Of a stretch of DNA of 64,000 bases, positions 40,419 to 54,262 are shown piece after piece. Both the position numbers and the translations under genes were made by a program. The DNA comes from Octopus sinensis (Eukaryota). The stretch is taken from positions 15,128,001-15,192,000 of the forward strand of contig NC_042998.1 of the NCBI RefSeq assembly GCF_006345805.1. Reading direction: 5' to 3'. A model generated the notes under the pieces. It had not been told where the DNA came from. It searched no databases and saw only the letters and a list, made by a program, of their open reading frames with translations. Within the stretch, counting starts at the first letter, position 1, and every line of letters begins with the position of its first letter.

Positions 40419-41697
40419 TTATTTATACATAAATCAATATACACACGGAAACGTACAAGCACATGAACATAGCATGTGCACATAAATATACACACATAAA
40501 AAACACAGACACACATAATACATACACACGCACATACACAAACATACGCACACACACACGCACTCATTGAAACCATTTTGAACTAGTTCTGTACAGTTCT
40601 TTCATGAGTTTTTCAGACTTCTTTTCATCACTTTGTCACGAACTTTCAATATAAATATAAATATACACTGACACGCACGCATACAGAAGCGTGCGTACGC
40701 ATACATACACTTTATGCATATATATACGCATACACACACAACCCTATATAGAGATGCATGCACACATACACAGCTATGTCGTGTATGTGTGTGTAAAATA
40801 TATTAGAATCCAAGGCGACGAGTTATGGAGTTCATATGCAAGAAATGGCGTTTATTTCTTTTGCACAAATATTCCTGTGTCCTTATGTTTCTTGGAGGAA
40901 GATTCACCGTTTCTTCAGACAAAATATTTCTTTTTGGAGCGAGAGATATACTTCGCTGCACCTAATCCATGTGATTATATCCCAATTGGCATCTTCTAAT
41001 ATGATCAAAATAAGTTCATTATTTCTTATCATTATCGATGTTGATCTTCCCCCAAAGCATACAGTATCTATTTCGGCAGGTCCTTCGTCTCTAGAACTTC
41101 AGCCTGTTGCAATCCTTTCTCTGTTTATGATTTTCTTAGAGCCATTATCTTAAAACTGTTGAAGAATCAGAACATTAACTTCATCAGGTTTAGAAGTTGT
41201 GAAAGTTGCATGTATACCGACTTTCCAGAAAGAAAATCAATGGTAGAAATAATTAACTAATCAATTAATTAATTAATTAAGATCTTTGGCGCTAATAACC
41301 AAGAATTATTTTAAAGTTTTGTCCATCGACAGTAGGAAGCCAATGGATCGGAATAAGGATTACTAGAGCAGAAAGTGTCTGTATTATAAGCGTTTATTAT
41401 TTATCTGCTCAGAATAATCTCCTTAAATCTCCATCTACATTTTTGCACAGCCTGTTAAACATAGCAGTCAAATCTCCCTCAGGTTATGTAATACTGTATG
41501 AGAAGAAATAAACACGTAATAGATATTCTAGTTCTTGGAAGATTATACATGAAAAAACAAGAAAGCATAAAGATTTTTTTTTAAATAGAAAGGTCTTAGA
41601 TTAAATGCTTTTACTGAGAGGTTTGCCCGATCAGATTTAACCTGGAGCGAAACGACAGAGGAAAATATGAACGACGATGACAATAACATCATCATCA

Positions 41698-41728
<31 letters not shown>

Positions 41729-44402
41729 AAACTGCAACAACAACAACAGCAGCACCAACAACAACATAAGCATTGTGATGATGCATTGTTAGCAACCAGA
41801 GCTTCCATTTGGACATGGCATTTGCACGGTCAAGTTGAACAGTCACATACAGCGATGCCTATACATGCTTCAACGCAAACTCAAAATCTCAGTGGATTAT
41901 GGGATTATCTTTAGCACATGCCTCTATTACCATTGGCAATCAATAAAATTCATTTTACTTCTTTCAGAAGCTATTTCAATTTCAGATGAAACTACAGCCG
42001 ATATAATTCACACGGTTCTATATTTGATTTATTTACTAGAAATAAACATTAAACGAAGAAATACGCAATAGAATTTAAACAAAAATCTTAATAAAAAAAA
42101 AGGAAGAAAAAATAACTTTTTCTTTAAGATATTTTCAGAATCAAGGTTCTCTAGTTATTTTTCCGTATTGTCAATATTTTGTGTTTTTTTCTCTTCATAA
42201 TTTCTTTAATTCTAATTTGATTATAGAACGATGTTTATATTCTCACTGAAAAATTTTCAAACGAAATCTATAGAGAAAAGTGTTAATCAAGAAATTTCTA
42301 TGCCGCAGAATAGATTGTTTTCGACAACTATATTTCAAATAATATCAGAGGAAGTATATTATGTTATAGATATCACAGTTATTGAACTATAAACCATTGG
42401 TTACAGATTTACAAAGATGGTCCTTTTTAATGTAAAAGGATAAAAGGGAGTGTCTGTAAGTCTGTGAAAAAATAATATCTCAAAAGAAGTCATTTCTATA
42501 AGCATTGGCTGAAAATATTAATGAACACGCACTCACACACACGCCGGTATTTATAGTTAAAAATTGTACAAAAACACATACAAGTAAGGGAACAAGAAAC
42601 AAGCTGTATTAGTTTCACGCTGAAGAAAAAAGGATAGAAGAGACTTTCACGTTTCGGGCCTAATCTCTTCTAGAGAAAGTAATCATGTGAGAAAACAGAC
42701 GGAGAAACAAAAAAACAATGCACCCGTTCATGCAGATACGTATTTGGATGAACGGATGCACGTTTGTTTGATGGTTTGGTTGTTTGTGTGTGTATTTGAA
42801 CACAAAGATGTAGGGATTTCAAAATCTATGCAGATATTTTTCAAGGACTGTGTTGTAATTCAAATTTGGTTAACTAAACCGATCAGTAGCGAACTTTAAA
42901 GAACCTTGTAGAGCATAAACTAACAGTTGTACTCCTGTTCAATCAGTATATTCAGAGTTCGAGTCGAAGAATTTCAAATAAATTTCTTGAGTATATTAAA
43001 AGGACACAAAGAATGAATAAATACACGTCTTTAGTTAATAGTTTAAAGATACGTTGAAATTCTCCACTCTTCCCTACGTTCTTTTATACATGTATGTAAA
43101 CACACCAACACACACACACACACACTCTCTCTCTCTCTCGCTCTTTCTTTCTCTCTCTCTCTCTCTCGCTCTTTCTCTCTCTCACACACACACGCTTTAT
43201 TCTCTCTGACTTTACCCTTCTCTTCAGCTGTTTTCTCTCCTCATTCTTTTCTTTGAGAAGAACGTAGGCTCGAAACGTCAAAGACTTCCATTTTTCCTGA
43301 TCGTCAAACGAATACCGCTTGTTTTCCGTTCCCTCGCCTGCCTTTGCCTTTTGTGTTCTTTTTGTACAATTTTGTACACACACACACACTCACTCTCACA
43401 CATACACACGCACGTATACACACACATGCGCACACACCTATGCCATCTAGATATTGTTCTTAATGTATATGTATAGTTGACAAGAAGTTTACTGCAGTTT
43501 TTGGCCAGAATAAGATCTCTTATATATCCATTTACAAAATACAATATATACAAGAAGGCGTGATAGCGCATGTAGCTGCAAGCAAGACCACTAAATTCAT
43601 TCCGGCTATCATAGGTCTCGTCAACAACAAGTACTCGTTTGTAGCCGCCGGTATAGAAAATAACAAATAATATATTCACTGGTATTGTGAATAGCCATGG
43701 GTCTGAATACAAAATCCGGTGTACGCAAATGAAGCACTAGAAAATTAAGATGGCCTTGATGTATGTATCATGCTTTATGTATTACGCGTCCTTAAATATA
43801 TATTTTCCCTCGGACGAAAACGGCAGAAACGTGGTTGTCAAAAGTGTATAATATTTAGGTATGTCAAAGGTGTATATAATTTTGATACATAAATAGCTAT
43901 TGTAATTTAATACTAGTTCAATTGCGTACACTGGGTTACACTCTCTCTCACACACACACACACAAACGCGTGCTTGCACGCAAATATATATATACATATA
44001 TATGCACATGTATGTATATGTAAATGTATGTGTGTACATATATATATATAGATCACAGGAAGATAGATAAATAGATAGATAGACAGATAGACATACGGGT
44101 TCTTAAAGTCTGTCCAGACATGTTAACTGTCACTTCAAAGGTACTGGCAGCTTTTAACCTCGTAAACATTTATAACATTTATTAAATACATGACATACGC
44201 AACTAAAAAGTATTGGGAGAAACGTCAATTTACTTATATATATACATACATACGTACATATATATATTATATATATATATATATTATATATATATATATA
44301 TAAAGTTTATCCAAACAAGAAAACACAAAAAAACACAGCAACGCGAGGACGTGGAACAAATAAAGTATTATTGGACGCTCAGGAAAGAAGGAAAGAAGGA
44401 GG

Positions 44403-44437
44403 GTTTAACGTTTCGAGCGGAGCTCTTCGTCGGAAAC
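44403..44437 (-). ncRNA. Minimal hammerhead-like motif with U4C core change; second copy 45110-45144
   Basis: GUUU-CCGACGA-A-GAGC(UCC)GCUC-GAAAC-GUU|AAAC. Confidence 0.5.
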
Positions 44438-44651
44438 ATAGGAGAAGGAAAGTTCCCGAGAAGGGAAGACAGAGGAAAAAAAAAATTCGCCAGCGGTACT
44501 CACGAGGTCACATATTGAAAAACCGGAAGTTATACAGTTATAAACAAAGGGCAAAAGAAAAAAGATATCTATGCCAATATGCTGAGAATAGACTTTAAAT
44601 CGTCAATCGGGTGCTTTTTTCCATGTGTACTTGTATTTCATTTATTTCTTA

Positions 44652-44722
44652 TCGTATTCTCTACTGAAGAGGGAAAAATCCGTGGGATTAACCCCGAAAT
44701 TGATTCAATACAGAGATAACGA
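44652..44722 (+). ncRNA. Type I hammerhead motif (AUA site); second copy 706 bp downstream
   Basis: CUGAAGA-GGG(...AAUCC gug GGAUU...)CCC-GAA-AUUG(AUU)CAAU-A|; helix I CUCU/AGAG with an A.C mismatch next to the core. Confidence 0.6.
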
Positions 44723-44973
44723 ATTTCTAAAAAAATTATGTTAGCTTGCTTTCCTCGATTTCAGCACGACGTGTATTCATGGTGAATGTATATTTTAATG
44801 TGTCGCTTGACGATTTAAAGTCTATTCTCAGCATTTTGGCACAGAAATCTTTCTTTTTTTTTGCCCTTTGTTTATAATTGTTTATAATATTCACCTTTAA
44901 AGGTATTTCAATATGCTGCCACTTTGATGAATTTTTTTTTGGAAAAACTTTATCCTATATTAGAAGTAAATAT

Positions 44974-45009
<36 letters not shown>

Positions 45010-45673
45010 AAGTTTATCCAAACAAGAAAACACAAAAAAACACAGCAACGCGAGGACGTGGAACAAATAAAGTATTATTGGACGCTCAGGAAAGAAGGAA
45101 AGAAGGAGGGTTTAACGTTTCGAGCGGAGCTCTTCGTCGGAAACATAGGAGAAGGAAAGTTCCCGAGAAGGGAAGACAGAGGAAAAAAAATTCGCCAGCG
45201 GTACTCACGAGGTCACATATTGAAAAACCGGAAGTTATACAGTTATAAACAAAGGGCAAAAGAAAAAAAGATATCTATGCCAATATGCTGAGAATAGACT
45301 TTAAATCGTCAATCGGGTGCTTTTTTCCATGTGTACTTGTATTTCATTTATTTCTTATCGTATTCTCTACTGAAGAGGGAAAAATCCGTGGGATTAACCC
45401 CGAAATTGATTCAATACAGAGATAACGAATTTCTAAAAAAATTATGTTAGCTTGCTTTCCTCGATTTCAGCACGACGTGTATTCATGGTGAATGTATATT
45501 GTAATGTGTCGCTTGACGATTTAAAGTCTATTCTCAGCATTTTGGCACAGAAATCTTTCTTTTTTTTTTGCCCTTTGTTTATAATTGTTTATAATATTCA
45601 CCTTTAAAGGTATTTCAATATGCTGCCACTTTGATGAATTTTTTTTTGGAAAAACTTTATCCTATATTAGAAG

Positions 45674-45708
<35 letters not shown>

Positions 45709-46306
45709 TCTACTAAATTATACTATGAAGTGACTTCTGCTGTTATCTCAACCTGTATAGACGTGACTCATCGCTCATCTTTTTGCCAGAGCTCATGAGG
45801 AACCCTTTTGCGAAGATGGATCAAGCCTACTGAAAAGAAAGGGGACCCTGTTGATAAATGCTGTACATGTAATTTTAAGTTTCTTTGTTGTTCTTGTAAA
45901 ACCACAAATAAATAATTACGAAATACTGTTCACTGCACAATGCTAATCTTCGGATCAAAGAGAAATCATTATCGTATTAATGAAAACGTAACTGACGCCC
46001 AGTTTCAGACTTTACAGTAAACCACATCGTCTGTAAGCGTCCAATTAATTACTCAGCTAATAAGCAAAATTATAAATGCGTTGCGGTTAATTATTAATCC
46101 AATCTGCTTACAAAGTTAGAAAGTTTAACAGCGAGAAAGATTTTCGCAGTAGGGGAAAGAAATGATAATACTTGAATAGTACTTTATTTTAAAGAATTTA
46201 AAAGATATACTTTAAAGATATAATATAGCCGTGCACTAGTGGATGTATTCTGCTCTATATCTGAGGGTTTTTCTTTTTATTTATCCTCTTGATTTTATCT
46301 TATTCA

Positions 46307-46480
46307 CTAGCAGTATAGCCCGGCGTTGCTCGGGTTTATTTCGACCCTTTAGAATTGGAATGTTTGAAAAGTAAAAACTTTGAATTATGTAGCTTGTTAT
46401 TCTCTTTAAGAGAACATTTTTCTGGTTGAAAAACACCGAAAAATGGCGACACAGCAGTCAAAACATCGTAAAAAATACTT
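46307..46480 (-). mobile_element. 3' part of a Helitron (inverted duplicate of the end of 46801-47189)
   Basis: CTAG end and CCCGAGCAACGCCGGG hairpin on the minus strand. Confidence 0.8.
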
Positions 46481-46800
46481 GGCCGTACACTTTTAACGGT
46501 TGATACTATGAAAGGCTCTAGTGTATAGCGCTTTACTTTCTGAGCTAAAAGTCCTATTCAGTTCGAAACAGCTTTTTAATTCATATGAGGTCGCGGAAGG
46601 CGAGTACCGAAGTGGTTAGGCAACGCAAATGGGTTCTCAAACGTAACATCGTGGGTATGATTTCCGGACCCTGCAGAGCATTTTGTTTATGGACATATTC
46701 TTTACTTGACATTACTCTTGTCTATTCAGGTGGAAAAAATGAGTATTATAACTGAAAAAAATAATATCCAGTCAGCGATAATTTAGCGTGCATTTATTAA

Positions 46801-47189
46801 TCTCTCTCTATATAAAGCTGAAGTTGTCTGTGTATGGCAGGTTTGGTAGCCTTCAACTAACACTATCTCCTCCGAGACCCTGTAGTGCAAGTTGACTAAA
46901 ATTGAGAGTAGGATAGAAGAAGGCATGCTCGTCCTTCTGTAGAAGATAAAATTCAAATCGGACCATGTTAACACCAAAAATTACATCAAAAAAGTTTTTT
47001 TTTTAATGAAAATCCCTATTTTTTACGAATTTTTTACTGCTGTGTCGCCATTTTTCAGTGTATTTCAACCAGAAAAAAATGTTCACTTAAAGAGAATAAC
47101 AAGCTACATAATTCAAAGTTTTTACTTTTCAAACATTCCAATTCTAAAGAGTCGAAATAAACCCGAGCAACGCCGGGCGATACTGCTAG
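46801..47189 (+). mobile_element. Non-autonomous Helitron (389 bp)
   Basis: A|TC start; CCCGAGCAACGCCGGG hairpin; CTAG|T end. Confidence 0.85.
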
Positions 47190-47290
47190 TGAATAAGATA
47201 AAATCAAGAGGATAAATAAAAAGAAAACCCCTCAGATATAGAGCAGAATACATCCACTAGTGCACGGCTATATTATATCTTTAAAGTATA

Positions 47291-47805
47291 TCTATATATA
47301 TAAAACTGTAGTTGTGTGAGTGTCTGTCCCCTTCGATTTAGATTCCTAACTACTCCCGCATTTTGCGGTGCAGTTTAACCAAATTCGGGTATCTTATAGT
47401 CGTGATTCATATCGAGCCCGTCTGGGTATTAGTGCGCGTCTACGATGAATCTACGATTTTAAAAATAATTTAACATCATTTTTTTATTCCATTTTAATGC
47501 ATAATTTTTCGTGTGTCGATGGCGGCGGAGTTGGCGTCCACGCTCACATCTGCACCTGTTTGCTTCTCCCCCCTTCTTCCCTCCCTCGTGAAGCTGTGGG
47601 GAAGGGAGTGTAAGGAAATCAACGTCGTAAAGCGTTGTCAAGGAGACCAGCGTTTTTTTAGAACAACGACTTCATGGCGTGAAGACACCAAAACAGAAAT
47701 GGCTAAGAAAGCCCGAATTGGCATCTATAAGGGAAGTAACTCTTTAAAAATGCTTATATAGTTATTTCCCTTACAAACCTGAGCAACGCCGGGCGATACT
47801 GCTAG
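47291..47805 (+). mobile_element. Non-autonomous Helitron (515 bp)
   Basis: A|TC start; hairpin; CTAG|T end, abutting the next Helitron. Confidence 0.85.
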
Positions 47806-48202
47806 TCTTTGTATATAACAGTGAGGTTGTGTGTCTTCTCCTACGATTTAGATTCCTAACTACTCCCACATTTTGCGGTGCAGTTTAACCCAAACCGGGT
47901 ATCTTATAGTCGTGATTCATATCGAGCCCTTCTGGGTATTAGCGCGCGTCTACGATGAGTCTACGATTTAAAAAAAATTTACCATTATTTTTTACCATTT
48001 TAATGCATTTTTTCGCTATTATATAAGGGAAGTAACTCTCTAAAAATGTCTACGATGAGTCAACGATTTAAAAAAAAAATTACCATCATTGTTTTTCCAT
48101 TTTTAATGCATTTTTTGCTATTTTTATTGGCTATAACTCTCTAAAAATGCTTATATAGTTATTTCCCTTACAAACCCGAGCAACGCCGGTCGATACTGCT
48201 AG
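47806..48202 (+). mobile_element. Non-autonomous Helitron (397 bp)
   Basis: TC start; CTAG|T end; same family as 27370-27763. Confidence 0.85.
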
Positions 48203-49571
48203 TCTTTTAAATTCTTTAAAATAAAGTACTATTCAAGTATTATCATTTCTTTCCCCAACTATGAAAATCTTTCTCGCTGTTAAACTTTGTAACTGTGTAA
48301 GCAGTATTTTATGAGAGACAGTACAGAGTTTGTTGTTGTTCATCCTCAGTTTATCCTTGATTGAGTCAATCAACGATCAAAGCAATTTCATCCCATCGTG
48401 ACCATCCTGTAATTTATGCAGTGTAACAAAGATTACATTAACTCATGGTTAAAACGGCAGGTGAGATTTGTGGAAGAAGTGATTAATTTTCTGCTGTTTG
48501 AGCCAACTGTTAAGAGACTCGAGCCTGCACACGTGTGATGAAGACATTTGTAGATTCCGTGGCTAAATACAGGTTTGTATTTATCGATTTGTTTTTTTTT
48601 ACTTCTTACGTTGTAAGTTCAAATCTAAGGAAGGAGTACTTTTATATATTTCGGTGGTCGTGAATGATAAAACGAACCATGTGATTTATTCTGCCCGCTC
48701 GAGACGAATCAATATTTTATGCTAATGAACAAACTAAAGCAGAATACATGTATAAAAAAAAGTACATTATATACATAAATGCATCTCTTTTACTCTTTTT
48801 ACTCTTTTACTTGTTTCAGTCATTTGACTGCGGCCATGCTGGAGCACCACCTTTTAGTACTTATTCTATCGGTCTCTTTTTGCCGAACCGCTAAGTGACG
48901 GGGACGTAAACACACCAGCATCAGTTGTCAAGCAATGCTAGGGGGGACAAACACACAGACACACAAACACACACACATACACATATACATATATATATAT
49001 ACATATATACGACAGGCTTCTTTCAGTTTCCGTCTACCAAATCCACTCACAAGGCATTGGTCGGCCCGGGGCTATAGCAGAAGACACTTGCCCAAGATGC
49101 CACGCAGTGGGACTGAACCCGCAACCGTGTGGTTGGTTAGCAAGCTACTTACCACACAGCCACTCCTGCATATATAAAATAATTTGAATTTGCATGAATA
49201 CATACATGTGTATACATGGTATACATGCATTTATAAATTTATATATGTGCACACAAATACACATATATACATACATACATATATATATATATGTATATAT
49301 ATATTTATATATATTTATATAGATATATATATATGCTCATATATATATATGACTATAAACATGCTTGTATATATTTACTCATAAACGTATACACCCACGC
49401 ACATAAATGTATATATGGTATTTATATATACGTGTGGAGATAATTCTACATACTTATCTGCCCATCAATCTATATATTTTTATCTATCGTTCCATTCTCC
49501 TTCTCTACACAGCCTGTTTCTCTTCTTCCATACAAACACTTACGCCTTATCCACTCACCTCCTTTTATTTC

Positions 49572-49609
<38 letters not shown>

Positions 49610-49849
49610 CACATGCACACATACACATACATACATACACACACACACATGTATACATAGCAAAAATACATCCCAGTATAGATTGTTTGCAGTGCGCTCT
49701 TCTACGGAAGCACGTTTTGCAGCTATTTCCAAAATAAAATGAAATAAAGATAAAAAAGTAAAATACAAAAACAAAACACATAAAATAAAAAAATAAATTA
49801 CACAAAAATCAAAATGGAAACTAGTATCGAAAGAAATATATATATACAT

Positions 49850-49880
<31 letters not shown>

Positions 49881-49890
49881 CATATACATG

Positions 49891-49998
<108 letters not shown>

Positions 49999-50843
49999 TA
50001 TATATATACATATATATATAAACAGAATCAGAGTTGCTTTCCATTCTTTGCAACCAATAGGTTTCTTCTGATAATATTGTTGCTCAATATCTGTTAGAAT
50101 CGATCTAATATACTAATCAATAAGATAAGCATAACAAAAATAAAAATAAAGGAATGAAAACTAAAAAAAAAAAAAAAATAGAATAAACAGAAAGGAAGAA
50201 AAACGAAAGAAAGAAAGAGAGAAAGAAAGAAATAAAACATCAAGATTCAAAAATAAAATTGTCTCCTTCAACTATTCTTCAAAGCCAATGTTTCGTGTCG
50301 GAAATTGAAAAGATCTGTGAAATGGATAGAGAGAGAACTGCAACAGCAACAACAGCAACAACAACAATAACAACAACAACAGAAACAACAACAACAACAG
50401 TAGGACAAGCAACAACTACAACAATAACAATAGTAGCATCACTAATGTTACTAACATACAAGCATCACCACGATCACTGTTGGTAACAGCAATAAGCACA
50501 ATTATAGTAACATCACAAACAATCAGCGCCATTACCAACAACAACAACAACAACAACCACAGAAGCCAACACCACCACTACCACCATTACCATCATCACT
50601 CCCGCCAAAACCTGCGCTCCACCTCCTCCAGCGGCGCCGCCGCCACAGCCACCACAGCCACCACAGCCACCGCTGCCGACAGCAACAATACAAACAGGAA
50701 CAAGAGAAATACTGTAATAACGGTTACAACAGTAGAAACAACTCTAGCATCACCAAAACCACCACCACCACCACCGCCGCCATTACTACTACTACTACTA
50801 CTACTACTACTACCGTCATCCCGACCACCAACAGCAGCAACAG

Positions 50844-51020
50844 TGGAGGCGCAATGGCCCAGTGGTTAGGGCAGTGGACCCGCGGTCGTAAGAATGCGGT
50901 TTCGATTTCCAGACCGGGCATTGTGAGTGTTTATTGAGCAAAAACACCTAAGCCCCACGAGGCTCCGGCGGGGGTGGTGGTGAACCCTTTCACCACAACT
51001 TTCACTCTTTCTTCCTACTT
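50844..51020 (+). mobile_element. 5' half of an F3 SINE
   Basis: TGGAGGCGCAATGGCCCAGTGGTTAGGG head. Confidence 0.75.
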
Positions 51021-51584
51021 CAGCCACAAAGCAGAGAAACCATGGTGTAACTCACTCTGGTGTGGTAAACATTCGGACCCTAGTCTAGATTGCGAATCCT
51101 CTGTACCCCAGGATGGTTCAGCTCTCCACCCGTTAAAAGCCACCGTTTACGGAATGAGGATAACAACGTAGCTTTCGCGCCGGTGCAACCGCCAGTCTAT
51201 TGCGTGTGGTGGGTGGATCTTCAAGTTGTCACGCATTCTTAGGAGCTTAGAGTAGGCTCGAATTAGAGATTATCCTTTGTGGCTAATGGCGTGAGTCCTG
51301 ATTGGAAGAAGAAGAAGACAACAAGATCGACAAAATTAGTAACAATAGCACTAGTACCACTACCACTACCACAACTATTTCATTCTAGAGACACCAACAT
51401 GGATACTAATACTTATACTATCTCGCTTATGAAAAATAACAAACAATTATTATCACCTCAAACAACAACAATAATTCTTTTTCCCAGAGGCGCAACGCTT
51501 GACCATTTTGTGGACAGGGGTGAGGTTGATTACATGCACCACATTGATCAACTGATACTAGTTTCATCGACTTCGAAATAAACT

Positions 51585-52490
51585 TTCCTACTATAGGCAT
51601 AAGGCCTGAAATTTGGGGGGCAGGTGGGGCAGTCGATTAGATCGACCCCAGCACGCAACTGGTGATTAATTCATCAACCCTGAAAAGATGAGAGGCAAAG
51701 TCAACCTCGGCGGAATTTGAACTCAGAACATGGAGACAGATGAAATACCGCTAAGTATTTCGTCGGGCATGCTAATGGTTCTGCCAGCTCACCGCCTTAT
51801 CGACCTCGAAATAATCTTTTCTACTATAGGCATAAGGACTGAAATTTGTGGATGCGGACTAGTCGATAACATCGACCCCAGTGTTTCAATGGTACTTAAT
51901 TTATCGCCCTAAAGGATGAAAGGCAAAGTCGACCTTGGCGGAATTTGAACTCGGAACGCAGCGACGGGCGAAATGCCGGCAAGCGTTTCGTCTAATGTGC
52001 TAACGATTCTGCCAGCTCGCCGTCTTCGATGTCGAAACAATCTTTTCTACCCTAGGCACAACGTCCAAAATTTTGGGGGAGGGGGCCAGTCGAGTAGATC
52101 AATCCCAGAACGTAACTGGTACTTAATTTATCGACCTCGAAATATATCAACCCCAGTGCGTAACTGGTACTTATTTAATCGACACCGAAAGGATGTAAGG
52201 CAAAGTCGACCTCGGCGGAATTTGAACTCAGAACGTATCGGCAGACGAAATACCTATTTCTTTACTACCCACAAGGGGCTAAACACAGAGAGGACACACA
52301 AGGACAGACAAATGGATTAAGTCGATTAATTCGACCCCAGTACGTAACTGGTACTTATTTAATCGACACCGAAAGGATGAAAGGCAAAGTCGACCTCGGC
52401 GGAATTTGAACTCAGAACGTAACGGCAGACGAAATGCCGCTAGACATTTCACCCGGCGTGCTAACGTTTCTGTCAGCTCGCCGTCTTCTT
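51585..52490 (-). mobile_element. Cluster of about five F1 SINE units (nested and tandem)
   Basis: Heads near 51800, 52025 and 52487; spacer ATCGAC(C/T)TCGAAATA repeated; fixed junction at 52244-52260. Confidence 0.8.
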
Positions 52491-52581
52491 AGCAATATGA
52501 TAATACCAATGTAATTGTCTTGTGGAGGTGTTTGTGTGTGAGATGGGTATGTCTACAGTCTCTTGTGCTCCATCTCTATAG

Positions 52582-52618
<37 letters not shown>

Positions 52619-53587
52619 TGAGTCTGTGAGTAAGCGTGTGTGTGTATGTGTGTGTGGTGTGTGTGTGTGTGTGTGTGTGGTGTGTGTGTGTGTGTGTTTG
52701 TGCAAACGCTGAAGCTCATGTACCTATGATTCTTAACAAATTATATGGCACACATGCTACGAAAGATGAAATATTCGAAACAGAATCAGGGCTAGGTAAT
52801 AATCCGACTGAGGATTCATGATAGAAATGCTATGAAATATGTTAAAGGATATGAGTGCAATGGGAAAGTAGTCATATTCGAATCTGACATGACAAACACC
52901 ACACTACACTACACACACACACACACCACATAGCTTTTAAGATATTTTAAAATGTAAAATAGAATCTAATATTTAATTTCATTTGAACGAATACAAAATT
53001 CTTCAGACTAAAAGGAAAAAAGAAAAAAAATTATTTATTGACACGATTCATAATTCGTGTGAAATATATATGTACCTATATGTGTGTGTGTGTGTATATA
53101 TGTTTGTATTAACAAAGAGTGAGTGAGAGAGAGAGATGTACGTATATATTTATATACCAAAATGTCTGAAAACATATATGTATAAATATATCAATCGGCA
53201 TGCGTGTAAATATATGAGTGCATGTATTTTTACACACACGCACATTTGTACACACATAAGTACGTGTCGATATGTGCGTGCGTGTATGTTCACGTCTGCC
53301 CAATGCTAAATAGCCACCTGATTATCTCGTATGACATGAATCCAGTATACTTAAAACCGTGATCTAAAACATAAAGATATATAAATTTATAAGTAGCATC
53401 ATGCCACATAGACTGAAACATCTAACTTTAAATAGAAAGTGCCGGAGGCCCACTATACCACTCTATTGTAGTCAATAACATGGTCTCGCGACATGCGATA
53501 TGTACGTTGTTCTGATCTCGTCAGAACCACGTACAGTTCTTTTGGTTTTCTTAAATTGTTTTTTTTTTTTTAACGTCTAACCTCAAG

Positions 53588-53631
<44 letters not shown>

Positions 53632-54047
53632 ATATATATATATTTGAACACATACACGTCACGTAGACACATAAATATGAAGAGAGAAATATATATACAT
53701 ACATTCTTATATACAAGTTCGCATTCACGTTGTGTGAGTTAATGCCTATGTTTGTGTTATCACTGAATCGTTAAAGGCTGTCTCTCCATTTACTGCTTAC
53801 GTAAAAATAAAATAAAATAAAATAAAATAAAAATAAAGAAAGCAGAAAGAAATAAACAACTGAATTACGCTTGCTCTCTCTCACAAATAATGTAAAGAAA
53901 ACATATAAAGTTTTATGTCTGTCTAAGACACGATTATAATAGCAAAAAGAAAAAGAATATGTAAAAGAACGAAAGCGAGAGAGCAATGCTAAGATGGAAA
54001 ATATACTATATAATATCTCAGAATTGTTGAACACTGAAATATATATC

Positions 54048-54107
<60 letters not shown>

Positions 54108-54230
54108 GGTATATCTATAAATATATATACATATATATATACCTATATGTATATCCATATATACATATGTATGTATATAAATACATACATATATATATAT
54201 ATATGTATATATATATAATACATACATATA

Positions 54231-54262
<32 letters not shown>

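Larger units (their letters stand above)
44302..45677. mobile_element. ~706-bp tandem dimer of a composite hammerhead-bearing element in (TA)n
   Basis: Units 44302-44970 and 45009-45677 nearly identical; each has a minus-strand HHR-like motif, ~75-bp inverted arms and a plus-strand HHR. Confidence 0.8.

Noticed and set aside
40691-41230. Overlapping ~100-aa ORFs in non-repeat sequence
   Set aside because: No recognisable domain; the candidate acceptor leads to stops in all frames.
43278-43712. 144-aa minus-strand ORF and an overlapping ~64-codon plus frame
   Set aside because: Partly microsatellite; no motif I can recognise; needs a database search.
43808-43845. CGGACGAAAACGGCAGAAACGTGGTTGTC as a hammerhead
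   Set aside because: Core and helix II are broken; at most a decayed Penelope-type end.
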